Numbered from the stretch's first letter, positions 18,765 to 28,597 are shown. The stretch is 64,000 nucleotides of DNA from Fimbriimonadales bacterium (GCA_051003155.1 JBPCLO010000013.1:32001-96000), one strand, 5' to 3'. Numbers and translations: made by a program. Notes: generated by a model not told the origin, from the letters alone.

Positions 18765-19761
18765 AGCTCCCGAAGCTCCGCGGCTAACCGTCGGGCCGCA
18801 GGTCCGGCGGTCGTCCACGCTGCGCGCCGTCCTGATCCGGCTCGCGTGGTCGATTCCAACGCTAATCTTCATCACCTTGGTCACGTTCATCATCGGGGAG
18901 CTCGCCCCGGGTGACGCCGCCACCGTCAGAGCAGGCGAAAAGGGATCCCTCGAATACATCCAACAGCTGCGCGAACAGATGGGCCTGACCCGCCCGCCGG
19001 CGGTCCGCTACGTCGAGTTCGTTAACGGCGCCGCTGTTCTCGATTTCGGAGAGTCGTGGTATCCGCCCTATCGCCCGGTGAAGGAGACTCTGGTCGCGGG
19101 AATCTACCAAACAGGCAGGCTTGCGCTGCTGGCGATCATCTTGGCGAGCATTTTCGGAGTGCTGCTCGGCTGCATAGCGGCGGTGGGCCACAACCGCTGG
19201 CCCGATCGCGTTGCCGTCACCTTCTCGACCCTCGGCATTTGCATTCCCAACTTCGTCCTCGCTCCCGTCCTCGCCTACTTTTTCACGATCAAGATGGGAG
19301 TCCTGCCGCTCACTTGGGAGGATAACCCCAGCGAGAGCATCCTCTACTACCTAGCCTTGCCCGTCCTCATTCTTTCGCTGCGCCCCGCCGCCGTCATCAC
19401 AAGACTTACGCGCGCCGCAATGATCGATACGCTCAGCCAAGACTTCATCCGAACCGCTTTCGCCAAGGGCGTACCGTATTGGAAAGTCATCTTCAAGCAC
19501 GCGTTCCGCAATTCGCTCGTACCCATCATCACGGCAATCGGCACCACCCTCGGCTTTCTGCTTACCGGCTCGTTTATCATCGAGAGCTTCTTTCGCATTC
19601 CCGGCCTCGGCCTCAAGTCGGTAAACGCGATCTACCAGGGCGACTACCCGGTGGTGCAGGGAACCGTCCTTCTCTTCGCCGTGCTGTTCATCTTCGTGAA
19701 CCTCATCGTCGACATCCTGCTGCCCCTCATCGACCCGCGCATCAGGGACCAGTCCGCATGA
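18748..19761 (+). CDS. oppB: Peptide ABC transporter permease
   Basis: APGD, DFG.S, TRAAM...LSQDFIRTAFAKG (EAA loop), DYPVVQG, DPRIR. Confidence 0.9.
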   Translation: MSGIAEAPEAPRLTVGPQVRRSSTLRAVLIRLAWSIPTLIFITLVTFIIGELAPGDAATVRAGEKGSLEYIQQLREQMGLTRPPAVRYVEFVNGAAVLDFGESWYPPYRPVKETLVAGIYQTGRLALLAIILASIFGVLLGCIAAVGHNRWPDRVAVTFSTLGICIPNFVLAPVLAYFFTIKMGVLPLTWEDNPSESILYYLALPVLILSLRPAAVITRLTRAAMIDTLSQDFIRTAFAKGVPYWKVIFKHAFRNSLVPIITAIGTTLGFLLTGSFIIESFFRIPGLGLKSVNAIYQGDYPVVQGTVLLFAVLFIFVNLIVDILLPLIDPRIRDQSA

Positions 19762-20609
19762 AAAAGAACTGGCTCTTCATCGCGAGCGTCGTCTTCCTCG
19801 GACTCCTCGTTCTGTTCGCCATCTTCGGACCTCTGCGCTACGGAGTAATCGACCCGGTAGGCAGCAAGTTCGAGCCACCAAGCGCCAAGTTCTGGCTCGG
19901 CACCGACGAGTACGGCCGCGACATCTTCGGCCGCCTTGCATTCGGAGCCCGCATGAGCCTCTTCATGGGCATCTCCGTCCAACTTGTCGCCATCGTGGTC
20001 GGCCTCATCGTCGGCACCGCGGCAGGGTATGGGCCACGCTGGCTGAACAACGGCCTAATGCGCTTCACCGACGGCATGTTCGCATTCCCCGACATCTTGC
20101 TCGCAATCCTAATTATGGGGATCCTTCGAGGCAGCAACGTCGCGATCTTTAGAGGAATGCCCGAAATCTTGGTCGCAACGCTTCCAGTCTTCGCCGCCCT
20201 CGCGGTAGTCGGATGGCCCGGGATGGCCCGCCTCATCCGGAACCAAGTGCTGAGCCTCAAAGAGCAGGAGTATGTCACCGCAAGCCGCGCGCTCGGCGCC
20301 GGAACCTGGCACATGGTTATGAAGCACATTCTGCCGCACCTTTGGGGCCTTATCTCGGCGGTCGCGATGGTTGGTATGGCGATGATCATCCTCGCCGAAG
20401 GCGCGCTCAGTTTCCTCGGAATCGGTATTCCGCCCCCGTGGCCCAGCTGGGGCTCCATGATCAACGATGCCCGGGCGTACATGTCCTCGTACCCCGAACT
20501 CCTGTTCTGGCCGTGCCTGATTCTGAGCCTTACCATTCTGGCGCTCAACTTCGTCGGCGACGCCCTCCGGGATCGTTTCGACCCAAAATCTGCCTCCCGT
20601 GCAACTTAG
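19758..20609 (+). CDS. oppC: Peptide ABC transporter permease
   Basis: LGTDEYGRDIF, EYVTASRALGA, LSFLGIG, SWGSM, GDALRDRFDP; ATGA overlap with oppB. Confidence 0.9.
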   Translation: MKKNWLFIASVVFLGLLVLFAIFGPLRYGVIDPVGSKFEPPSAKFWLGTDEYGRDIFGRLAFGARMSLFMGISVQLVAIVVGLIVGTAAGYGPRWLNNGLMRFTDGMFAFPDILLAILIMGILRGSNVAIFRGMPEILVATLPVFAALAVVGWPGMARLIRNQVLSLKEQEYVTASRALGAGTWHMVMKHILPHLWGLISAVAMVGMAMIILAEGALSFLGIGIPPPWPSWGSMINDARAYMSSYPELLFWPCLILSLTILALNFVGDALRDRFDPKSASRAT

Positions 20610-20610
20610 T

Positions 20611-20638
20611 GGAACCAGTCGGCGTACCGCCTTCGTTA
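20611..20638 (+). promoter_or_regulatory. Putative ECF-sigma promoter
   Basis: GGAACC-N17-CGTTA upstream of a gene with a strong SD (AGGAGG). Confidence 0.4.
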
Positions 20639-20687
20639 CGCAAGTAAGGACCTTGCGCCTTCACAATGCTCAGGAGGAAATGAATCG

Positions 20688-21662
20688 ATGACCACCGCAA
20701 CGATTGCCGGTTTGGCCACCCTCGTACTCGGGGGAGTGGGCTTTAGCCAGCTGAATGATACAACGCCGGGACAAGCGCAGGACACCAAGCGAAAAGTTAC
20801 CGGCCGTTTCGACAACGCGACGCTCGCAGAAGCCTTGAAATGGCTCAGCGCCAGAGGGGTGAGCTTCGTCGCCGACAGCTCTCAACTAGCCGGCGACGAA
20901 AGAGTGACCCTCAACATTGCCGGCCAGCCAGTTTCCGATGTAATGGAAGCGGTCGCCGATGCCTTCCACGGAAAGTGGACCAAGCACGGAAACGTATACA
21001 CGTTCACTCGGGACCACGGGCGTTTCTCCACAGACATGCCGGGATTCCATCTGGGACCCCGCAGCTTCGAGAGCCTGAAAGATCTTGAACACTTCGCTCC
21101 GCAGCTCGAACTCGAACTCCGCGAAGGCCTGAAGGGCCTCGAAGGACTCGAAAAATTTGGGATGAGCCCCGAAGACGTTGAAGAGCTCGAGGGCCTCGGC
21201 TCGAAAATTGCCGACGAGCTCCGCCTCGAACTCAAAGGCCACGATATGTCCCCTCAGGACAGAGCGAAGCTCGAACGGCTCGGCCCCAAACTAGAACTCG
21301 AGCTCAAGGAAAAGCTCAAGGGCCTCAAGAATCTCGAACTTCACCCTGAGCATCTGAAAGATCTCGAAGAGCTAGGCGCGAAAATCGAAGAAGAAATCCG
21401 GCTCAAGATGAAGGGTCCGGAAGACCTAAAGGACCTCGAAGTCCCGGCGCCCCCGGCCACGCGGTTTGGCGGCTCGGACATCCCCAAGCTCATCGGCAGT
21501 CTTAGCGCTCAGCAGAAGGCCAGACACGAGCGCCAAGGCTATCTGACCCCTTCGGACCTGACGCCTGAGCAGCGACGGTTCGCCGGGCAGCTGCCCGACA
21601 TGGGCGCCTGGACCCTGACCTACGTAATCGACGGAAAGAAGCTCACCCTCAAGGGCAAGTAA
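20688..21662 (+). CDS. Secreted hypothetical protein: STN-like N-domain plus Glu/Leu/Lys-rich helical repeats
   Basis: Signal peptide; F.NATL.EAL..L....GVSFV.D...RVTL; repeats of LE.LG.K...E....LKG. Confidence 0.7.
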   Translation: MTTATIAGLATLVLGGVGFSQLNDTTPGQAQDTKRKVTGRFDNATLAEALKWLSARGVSFVADSSQLAGDERVTLNIAGQPVSDVMEAVADAFHGKWTKHGNVYTFTRDHGRFSTDMPGFHLGPRSFESLKDLEHFAPQLELELREGLKGLEGLEKFGMSPEDVEELEGLGSKIADELRLELKGHDMSPQDRAKLERLGPKLELELKEKLKGLKNLELHPEHLKDLEELGAKIEEEIRLKMKGPEDLKDLEVPAPPATRFGGSDIPKLIGSLSAQQKARHERQGYLTPSDLTPEQRRFAGQLPDMGAWTLTYVIDGKKLTLKGK

Positions 21663-21676
21663 AGCCCTCCTCTCAC

Positions 21677-21711
21677 GGCCCGTCTTCGCCTCGTCGCGGT
21701 GAGGATGGGCC
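21677..21711 (+). terminator. Stem-loop after the secreted-protein gene
   Basis: GGCCCGTCTTCGCC / GGTGAGGATGGGCC, a 14-bp stem with G-U pairs; no U-tract. Confidence 0.45.
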
Positions 21712-21726
21712 ACAATAAGCGGCCCC

Positions 21727-22845
21727 ATGAAAAAGGTTTTCGCCGTCGTCGGAACTCGCCCGGATGCCATCAAAATGGCGCCCGTCATCATCGAGTTCAA
21801 AAAGCACGACGACCTCGAGACCGTCGTCATCGCCTCCGGCCAGCACAAAGAGATGCTCCAGCAGGTCTTCAATGCCTTCGGCATCACAGCTGACGGCAAC
21901 TTTGACGTGATGAAGGACGGCCAATCGCTAGCATATCTCACGTCCTCCATCCTCACCGCTTTGGACGAAGTCCTCGAGCGCGAGGCCCCCGATATCGTAG
22001 TGGCCCAAGGCGACACCACCACCACCTTCGTAGCCGGCCTCGCATCTTTCTATCGACGCATCCCGTTTGCCCACGTCGAAGCCGGCCTTCGAACCGACAC
22101 GATCGATTCGCCCTTTCCGGAAGAGTTCAACCGCCGCGCGGTCTCCCATTTCACCAAACTTCACTTCGCCCCCACGTCGGCGTCCGCCGCGAACTTACTA
22201 AACGAAGGCATCGCTCCCGAGAAGGTCTACGTCACCGGCAACACCTCGATAGATGCGATCTTGCAAGCCACCTCAGACAACGAAGAGCCCCACAAGGACG
22301 GCGTGCGCACCATCGTTGTCACCACCCACCGTCGCGAGAACTGGGGTGACCCACAGCGCGCGATTTGCCGGGCGGTAAAGCGCATCCTCGACGCCGTGCT
22401 CTGTTCGCGGGTCGTTCTCCCCATGCACCGAAACCCGATCGTTAGGGAAGTGCTCCAGCAGGAGCTCGGCGCCGACTGCCGCGTCTCGCTCATCGAGCCG
22501 CCGGAGTACTGGGAGTTCGCCCGCCTCATGAAATCGTCCGACCTTATCCTCACCGATTCAGGCGGCGTTCAGGAAGAGGCTCCGGCGCTGGGCAAGCCGG
22601 TCCTGGTCCTGCGCCGCGAGACCGAGCGCCCCGAGGGCATCGAGGCCGGCAACGCGTTCCTCGTGGGCACCGACGAAGAAAAGATCGTCGCCGAAGCCGT
22701 CTCCCTTCTCACGGATTCCACCCGCTACGCCTCGGTTGCCCAAGCCCGCAACCCGTACGGCGACGGCCTAGCCGCCCGCCGCATCGTTTCGCAACTCCGC
22801 AATTTCCTGCGTCTTCCCGCAGAAAAGCTGCCGGCTTTCTCGTAG
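21727..22845 (+). CDS. wecB: UDP-N-acetylglucosamine 2-epimerase (non-hydrolysing)
   Basis: GTRPDAIKMAP, QGDTTT, HVEAGLR, PFPEE.NR, TDSGGVQEEAP, NPYGDG. Confidence 0.96.
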   Translation: MKKVFAVVGTRPDAIKMAPVIIEFKKHDDLETVVIASGQHKEMLQQVFNAFGITADGNFDVMKDGQSLAYLTSSILTALDEVLEREAPDIVVAQGDTTTTFVAGLASFYRRIPFAHVEAGLRTDTIDSPFPEEFNRRAVSHFTKLHFAPTSASAANLLNEGIAPEKVYVTGNTSIDAILQATSDNEEPHKDGVRTIVVTTHRRENWGDPQRAICRAVKRILDAVLCSRVVLPMHRNPIVREVLQQELGADCRVSLIEPPEYWEFARLMKSSDLILTDSGGVQEEAPALGKPVLVLRRETERPEGIEAGNAFLVGTDEEKIVAEAVSLLTDSTRYASVAQARNPYGDGLAARRIVSQLRNFLRLPAEKLPAFS

Positions 22846-23252
22846 CCCACACCATCCAACGAGCTCTAAAGCTCTATGAGCCCTCTACGTCCGATGTGTC
22901 CCATCCGTTCGATCACGGACCACCAGAAGCGGAATATACGGCCGTGGAATATTCGGATTTGATGCGGAAGCTGCTGAATATCGCTTCCCGGAACGGTCTG
23001 CGTGGTCCCTACCTATGCCGGCATGATGTGGCTGGCCCCCGGCCTTGGAAGTGAGCGCTGGCTGTCTTTACGGCGCGTGCTCTATTTTGGCTCTCCACGG
23101 CTTTATTGACTTACAACGCTGGTCGACTGGGGGCTACGAAGTCTTAGCGAATTGGGAGCGCGTTGAGCCGGGAGAGGAACCAGCGGAACCGGAGACAGGC
23201 ATTTCACCAGGCTCGCGGGTTTGGCGAAATCGCGTACTTTTGTCCGTTCGCC

Positions 23253-23282
23253 TTGACACGACCCGTAACCTGATGTTAGTAT
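23253..23282 (+). promoter_or_regulatory. Sigma70-type promoter
   Basis: TTGACA at 23253, 18-nt spacer containing an extended-10 TG, TAGTAT at 23277. Confidence 0.65.
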
Positions 23283-23363
23283 TTAGTTAACGGGGGGTTT
23301 CCGGTTGGCGATGGCTCGTGCTTCGTCCGCTGAATCTCTCTTCTAAATATGGAGGTTCACCAA

Positions 23364-23861
23364 GTGACCAAGAATGGCATTCTCGCGGTAATAGCGGCTC
23401 TTGCCCTGCCCACGGTCGGCGCGGCGCAGGACGACATGATCGTGACCGGCCCTCACCAGGGCGCGGTAACCGGCAACATCTCCGGAAACTTCACCAGCGT
23501 AAGCGGTTCCGACTCGTCCACGTTCAGCGTGTCCGGATCGTACTTCTTCACCGACGTGTTCGAGGGTCTAGCGGGCCTGACTTACGTCAGGGTCAGCGGC
23601 AGCGACTCGACCGGCTTTGCGCTGGGCGGCAACTACTACTTCATGCGCAATATGTCGGACCCCAAGATGCACCCCTACCTGGGCGTGCGATGGGTGCGGT
23701 TCGATTCGGGTGGAGGCGATGCCGACGGCTTCGCCGGGGCTCTCGGGCTTCATTACTTCATCCGCCCGAACATTTCGTTCACTCCCGAACTGCAGATCGG
23801 GGAGCTCGAGGACGAGGGTTTCACCACCCTCCAGTTCGGCCTCACCATGTGGTTCCGCTAA
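23364..23861 (+). CDS. Small outer-membrane beta-barrel protein
   Basis: SD GGAGG then GTG, signal peptide, amphipathic beta strands (GSYFF, GNYYF, HPYLG, GLHYF), C-terminal aromatic strand. Confidence 0.8.
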   Translation: MTKNGILAVIAALALPTVGAAQDDMIVTGPHQGAVTGNISGNFTSVSGSDSSTFSVSGSYFFTDVFEGLAGLTYVRVSGSDSTGFALGGNYYFMRNMSDPKMHPYLGVRWVRFDSGGGDADGFAGALGLHYFIRPNISFTPELQIGELEDEGFTTLQFGLTMWFR

Positions 23862-23882
23862 GCTATTAGCGTTTAACATGAA

Positions 23883-23919
23883 GCACCCGTCGGACCCTAG
23901 CCGGCGGGTGCCCTCCTTT
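23883..23919 (+). terminator. Intrinsic terminator
   Basis: GCACCCGTCGG-loop-CCGGCGGGTGC followed by CCTCCTTT, between convergent genes. Confidence 0.7.
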
Positions 23920-23948
23920 AGGAATGGAGACAGACGACTGCCCGAGGC

Positions 23949-25085
23949 TTAACGTTCGTCGATCGGGACGTACGGGCGGAGGGCTTCGCCCTCGTAGATC
24001 GCTTTGGGACGGATCAGGCGGTTGTTGTCGAGCTGCTCGATGATGTGGGCGCTCCAGCCCGTGATGCGGCTGACGGCGAAGATCGGCGTGTAGAGCGGAA
24101 TCGGGATTTCAAGCGAGAAGTACGCGTAGGCGGCGGGGAAGTCCACGTTCGGGAACAGGCCCTTCTCTTCCTTGAGGATGCGCTCGATGATCTCGGCCAT
24201 CTCGGCCCACTTTTCGTTGCCGGTACGGCGCGCCGCTTCCTTGCCCATCTCGCCCATAATGCCGGCGCGGCTGTCGCTGATGCGGTACTCGCGGTGGCCG
24301 AAGCCCATGATCTTCTTCTTCTCGGCGAGCGCGGTGCGCAGCCACGGCTCCGCGTTTTCGACGCTGCCGATTTCCTGCAACATCTCCATCGCTTTCTCGT
24401 TGGCGCCGCCGTGCAGGTTCCCCTTCAGGGTTCCGATCGCGGAGACGATGCCGCTGAAGATGTCGCTCAGCGTCGCAACGGTCACGCGCGCTGCGAAGGT
24501 GGAAGCGTTGTAGCCGTGCTCGGCATAGAGCACGAGGGATGTGTCCATGGTCGAAACCGTGAAATCGTCCGCCTCCTTGCCGTTCAGCATGTACATCAAG
24601 TTGGCCGCCGTATCGAGGCCCCCTTGCGGCTGCACGACCGTTTCGCCGTGGGCGATGCGCCAGCCGTTGGCGACGAGGGCTCCCATCTTCGCCGTCAGGC
24701 GGACAGCTTTGCGGACGTTGGCGTCGTGATCGGTCGGTGACGCGGTGTAGTCGGGGTCTCCGCCCGCGAGTGTGGCCACGCCGACCTTAAGCTGGTCCAT
24801 GGGATGCGCAGTCCTCGGAACGTGCGAGATCGCTTCGTAGACGTAGTCCGGCAAGTTGCGCTCCGCGCCGAGGTCTGCCCTGAAATCGCCCAGCTCGCCC
24901 TCGTTCGGCAGCTTGCCGTAGATCAGCAGGTAAGCGGTCTCTTCGAAACTGCCCTGCTTTGCGAGCTCGTGAACGTCGTAGCCGCGATAGATAAGGCGCG
25001 ACTTCTCGACGTCGATATCGGAGATTTTCGAAATGCCGGCGACGACTCCTTCGAGGCCGGGGCTGTACTGCGATGTAGCTGCCAT
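23949..25085 (-). CDS. prpC: 2-methylcitrate/citrate synthase
   Basis: GLEGV, EHGYNASTF, LHGGANE, MGFGHR, PNVDF; adjacent to prpB. Confidence 0.88.
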   Translation of the reverse strand: MAATSQYSPGLEGVVAGISKISDIDVEKSRLIYRGYDVHELAKQGSFEETAYLLIYGKLPNEGELGDFRADLGAERNLPDYVYEAISHVPRTAHPMDQLKVGVATLAGGDPDYTASPTDHDANVRKAVRLTAKMGALVANGWRIAHGETVVQPQGGLDTAANLMYMLNGKEADDFTVSTMDTSLVLYAEHGYNASTFAARVTVATLSDIFSGIVSAIGTLKGNLHGGANEKAMEMLQEIGSVENAEPWLRTALAEKKKIMGFGHREYRISDSRAGIMGEMGKEAARRTGNEKWAEMAEIIERILKEEKGLFPNVDFPAAYAYFSLEIPIPLYTPIFAVSRITGWSAHIIEQLDNNRLIRPKAIYEGEALRPYVPIDER

Positions 25086-25130
25086 GGGGTCTCGGGATTG
25101 TACCCGGGGGTTGCCTGCGACCGGCTTAGC

Positions 25131-25997
25131 CTAGTCCTGCGACAGTTCCTTGTCGAGCCTTTCGTATGCCGGGTAATCGATTAGGTCGTAAAGTTCTTGG
25201 CGTGTACGCATGTCTTCGAGAAAGCCGGCTTGCGTCCCCTCGTTTAGCAGTGTGGCGTACGTCTCGCCGACCAATTTGAGCATCACCCGGAACGCTGTCA
25301 TCGGGAAGATGACGATTTCGTAGCCGATCGACCCGAACTCAGAGGCGGTGATCAACGGCGTTTTGCCGAACTCGGTCATGTTGGAAAGGAGCGGGCTCGG
25401 GACGGCTTCACGGAACTGCTCGAACTCTCCTTTCGATGCGAGGCCCTCTGGGAAGATGCAGTCCGCTCCGGCGTCAACGTAGGCTTTTGCCCGGTCGATC
25501 GCATCGCCCAGGCCGTCCACGCTGCGTGCGTCCGTCCTGGCTATGATGAAGAAGCTGTCGTCCTGCCTGGCTTTGATGGCGGCTTTGATCTTGGCCGCCA
25601 TCTCGGAAACCGGGATGATCTGTTTGCCGTCGAGATGGCCGCATCGCTTGGGCGAGGCTTGGTCCTCTAAATGTAAACCCGCGAGGCCCGCTCGTTCGAA
25701 CTCGCGGATGGTTCGCATCACGTTCCAGCTCTCCCCGTACCCCGTGTCTGCATCCGCGAGTACGGGGATTTGTACCGCAGAGCATACATAGTTTGCTTGA
25801 CGGGCCATTTCATCCATCGTCAAAAGCGCGATGTCGGGCATGGCGGTCATGCTGTTGGTCACGCCGGCGCCGCTGAGGTAGATGGCCTTCGCGCCTGCTT
25901 GCTCCGCGAGCTTTGCGGTAATGGCGTCGTAGGCGCCAGGGGCTAGCAATGGGCGCTCGTCGAGGAGGGCGCGGAGAACTCGGCCGGGTGAACTCAA
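25131..25997 (-). CDS. prpB: 2-methylisocitrate lyase
   Basis: YLSGA, DADTGYG, EDQ..PKRCGH, ARTDA, NMTEFGKTP; start codon uncertain (TTG at 25997). Confidence 0.92.
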   Translation of the reverse strand: MSSPGRVLRALLDERPLLAPGAYDAITAKLAEQAGAKAIYLSGAGVTNSMTAMPDIALLTMDEMARQANYVCSAVQIPVLADADTGYGESWNVMRTIREFERAGLAGLHLEDQASPKRCGHLDGKQIIPVSEMAAKIKAAIKARQDDSFFIIARTDARSVDGLGDAIDRAKAYVDAGADCIFPEGLASKGEFEQFREAVPSPLLSNMTEFGKTPLITASEFGSIGYEIVIFPMTAFRVMLKLVGETYATLLNEGTQAGFLEDMRTRQELYDLIDYPAYERLDKELSQD

Positions 25998-26089
25998 TCG
26001 GGGATGGAGCACGGTTGAGAGTACCACGGGGGAGCGACTGACGACGACGGAGCCGACCGACGACGTCGGAATTGTCATAATGTGCGGCG

Positions 26090-27058
26090 ATGATAGTTTT
26101 GGTTACTGGGATTGCGGGTTATATCGGGAGCGTTGTTGGGGAACTGCTGTTGGTGAACGGCTACGAGGTGGTCGGAATCGACAATTTGCAAACCGGAAAC
26201 CGCGCCGCGGTGCCGGGAGATGCCGATTTCCGGGAGGGGGACATTCGCGACGAGAGGTGGCTGAGAGAGACGGTGGCGGGTAGCGGGGCGGAGGCGGTTG
26301 TCCACCTGGCAGCCGAAGCATCGATCGACGACAGCGAGCCTGGGAAGTTCTTTCGAACGAACGTTGCGGGCGGGCTGAACCTGCTCGATGCCATGCGCTC
26401 TGCGAAAATCGACAAGGTCGTATTTTCGTCCACAGCGGCGATTTACGGCCAACCTGAGGTACTCCCGATTCCGGAGGACGCCCCGAAGAATCCTGTCAAT
26501 GCTTATGGTGAATCGAAGCTTATGTTCGAGCGAATTCTGGCGTGGTATGGGCGGGCGCACGGGCTCAAGCACGTCTCGCTACGCTACTTCAACGCTTGCG
26601 GGGCGACGGAAGCGCGCGGCGAGTCTCGAGAAAGGGAGACTCACATCATCCCGCTATTGATCGAGGTCGTACTGGGCAAACGAACTAACTTTTCGCTGTA
26701 CGGCATCGACTACCCAACGCCGGACGGTACCTGCGTCCGCGACTACATCCACATCGCCGACATCGCCGACGCGCATATCCTTGCGCTGGAAAGCATCGAG
26801 TCGAGGAACGGCGGGGCCTACAACATGGGCAACGGGGAAGGGTATTCGAATCTGCAGGTCATCGAAACCGTGCGTAAGGTGACGGGCAACGCGCTCCCAT
26901 ACGCGAGCGCGGAAAGAAGGGCCGGCGACCCGGCGACTCTCGTGGCAAGTTCGGCGAAGATTCGCGACGATCTCGGGTGGACGCCGCGCTATCCGGATTT
27001 GGAGACGATGGTGGCCACGGCTTGGTCATGGAGGCAAGCCCATCCCGATGGCTACTAA
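26090..27058 (+). CDS. galE: UDP-glucose 4-epimerase
   Basis: TGIAGYIGS, FSSTAAIYG, YGESK, LRYFNACGA, DGTCVRDYIH. Confidence 0.93.
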   Translation: MIVLVTGIAGYIGSVVGELLLVNGYEVVGIDNLQTGNRAAVPGDADFREGDIRDERWLRETVAGSGAEAVVHLAAEASIDDSEPGKFFRTNVAGGLNLLDAMRSAKIDKVVFSSTAAIYGQPEVLPIPEDAPKNPVNAYGESKLMFERILAWYGRAHGLKHVSLRYFNACGATEARGESRERETHIIPLLIEVVLGKRTNFSLYGIDYPTPDGTCVRDYIHIADIADAHILALESIESRNGGAYNMGNGEGYSNLQVIETVRKVTGNALPYASAERRAGDPATLVASSAKIRDDLGWTPRYPDLETMVATAWSWRQAHPDGY

Positions 27059-27714
27059 AGGCGGCCAAGCTCGATCGCGTTTCCGCTTATAATCGAGCCC
27101 CCATCCGAGCAAAGGAACGCGATCACGTCCGCGATCTCCTCGGGTTTCTGCCATTTGTCGAAGTCCGCATTCGGCATCGAATTGCGGTTGGTGGGGGTGT
27201 CGATGATATCCGGGAGGATCGCGTTGACGCGAACTCCTCGCGGTTTGAACTCGATCGAGGCGCTTCGAGATAGGCTCAAGACGGCGGCCTTGGAGGCGGC
27301 ATAGAGCGACATACCCGCGGCTCCGGAATACGCTTGGCTACCGACGAGAACGGCACTCGAGCCACGCTGCAGGTTCTTGGCGAATGCGCTCAGGCAGTTG
27401 AACGCGGTCTTGGCGTTCAGGTTGAACATGTGATCGAAATCGCCTTTCCCGAGTTCCGCTAGGGGCTTCATGGAGAAGCCACCAGCCAGCAAGACGAGGG
27501 CATGAACCGGCGCGGCGATTCCGTTCGCCCAGTGCTTAACCGAAGCCGGGTCGGCAAGGTCTGCTTTCACGATCGTCCCCGGGCCGTCGTAGCGGTCTTT
27601 GTCGTCCCCGTTTACGGCCGAGAGGTGTACGTCGTATCCCATTTCGACGAATCGGATGACAACGGCGTGGCCGAGATTCCCAGTGCCTCCGGTGATGACT
27701 GCGGTTTTGCGCAC
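27055..27714 (-). CDS. Short-chain dehydrogenase/reductase
   Basis: TGGTGNLG, YAASK, VRVNAILP.IIDTP.NR. Confidence 0.9.
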   Translation of the reverse strand: MRKTAVITGGTGNLGHAVVIRFVEMGYDVHLSAVNGDDKDRYDGPGTIVKADLADPASVKHWANGIAAPVHALVLLAGGFSMKPLAELGKGDFDHMFNLNAKTAFNCLSAFAKNLQRGSSAVLVGSQAYSGAAGMSLYAASKAAVLSLSRSASIEFKPRGVRVNAILPDIIDTPTNRNSMPNADFDKWQKPEEIADVIAFLCSDGGSIISGNAIELGRL

Positions 27715-27745
27715 TCGGAAGATTCTGACGGATAAAATCGATCCA

Positions 27746-28324
27746 ATGCTCGACATTCCCGTGCTCGAGAGCAAGCGGCTGGTACTGCGGCCGTGGAAAG
27801 CGACGTCGGACGCGCCAGGGGTTTATGCCTACGCAAGCCTCGAGGAAGCTACGAGGTACATGCTATTCGACACGCATCGCTCGACTGCAGATACTCACGA
27901 GTTCTTGGCGAGAGCGGCGACCAGCCCCGAGCGGGGATACGCGATTACCCTGCGAGGCGACGATACGCCCATCGGCGGGTGCGGAATCAACCCTACTTCC
28001 GCGCATTGGCGGGCGGAGATTGGCTACATCCTCCACCCCGATCATTGGGGTACGGGCCTTGCGACCGAGGCTGCGGAACGGCTAATCCAGCATGGATTCG
28101 AGGACCTCGGTTTGAACCGAATTTACGCGCGGGCGGACACGAGGAACCAGGCGAGCAGGCGCGTGATGGAGAAAGCCGGGATGACCTACGAGGGAACGCT
28201 GCGCGAAGACCTGGTTGTGCGGAATGTGGCGCGGTCATTCTTCATCTGCAGCATCCTACGGAGCGAGTGGCTACTAGGGCTTGAAATGCGCGTAGGCAAG
28301 GCAACCGAGGGCGATCAAGCTTGA
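27746..28324 (+). CDS. RimJ/RimL-type GNAT N-acetyltransferase
   Basis: LE..RL.LRP, AEIGY...HWGTGLATEA, N.AS.RV.EKAG. Confidence 0.9.
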   Translation: MLDIPVLESKRLVLRPWKATSDAPGVYAYASLEEATRYMLFDTHRSTADTHEFLARAATSPERGYAITLRGDDTPIGGCGINPTSAHWRAEIGYILHPDHWGTGLATEAAERLIQHGFEDLGLNRIYARADTRNQASRRVMEKAGMTYEGTLREDLVVRNVARSFFICSILRSEWLLGLEMRVGKATEGDQA

Positions 28325-28588
28325 AATCAGGGCGGGCACGCCAGGCATGACGCCGCCCTGCGAAATTCGGTAGCCGAAGAAGCCGGCGAGGGCCAAGGCA
28401 ACGAGCGCGGCTAAGCCGTAACCGGCAGAGCGGTTGCCTCGGGCGAGCCAAACGCCCAGCAAGACCAAGACGGCGGCGATCGAGGAGGCGATAATCGACT
28501 GGGAGCTTCCAGCCTTCACGTACCCCATGACGCCGCCTCCAAAGGTGAGAATCGCATACAGAACCAGGACAATGTCGAGCCAGCGCAC
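28274..28588 (-). CDS. TMEM14-family small membrane protein
   Basis: Y..L...GG.MGYVKAGS..S...S signature, C-terminal MP motif, four hydrophobic segments. Confidence 0.75.
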   Translation of the reverse strand: MRWLDIVLVLYAILTFGGGVMGYVKAGSSQSIIASSIAAVLVLLGVWLARGNRSAGYGLAALVALALAGFFGYRISQGGVMPGVPALISSLIALGCLAYAHFKP

Positions 28589-28597
28589 GTGACGAGT

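Noticed and set aside
23045..23290. 81-aa ORF upstream of the beta-barrel gene
   Set aside because: TTG start, no recognisable motif, and it overlaps the sigma70 promoter of the downstream gene
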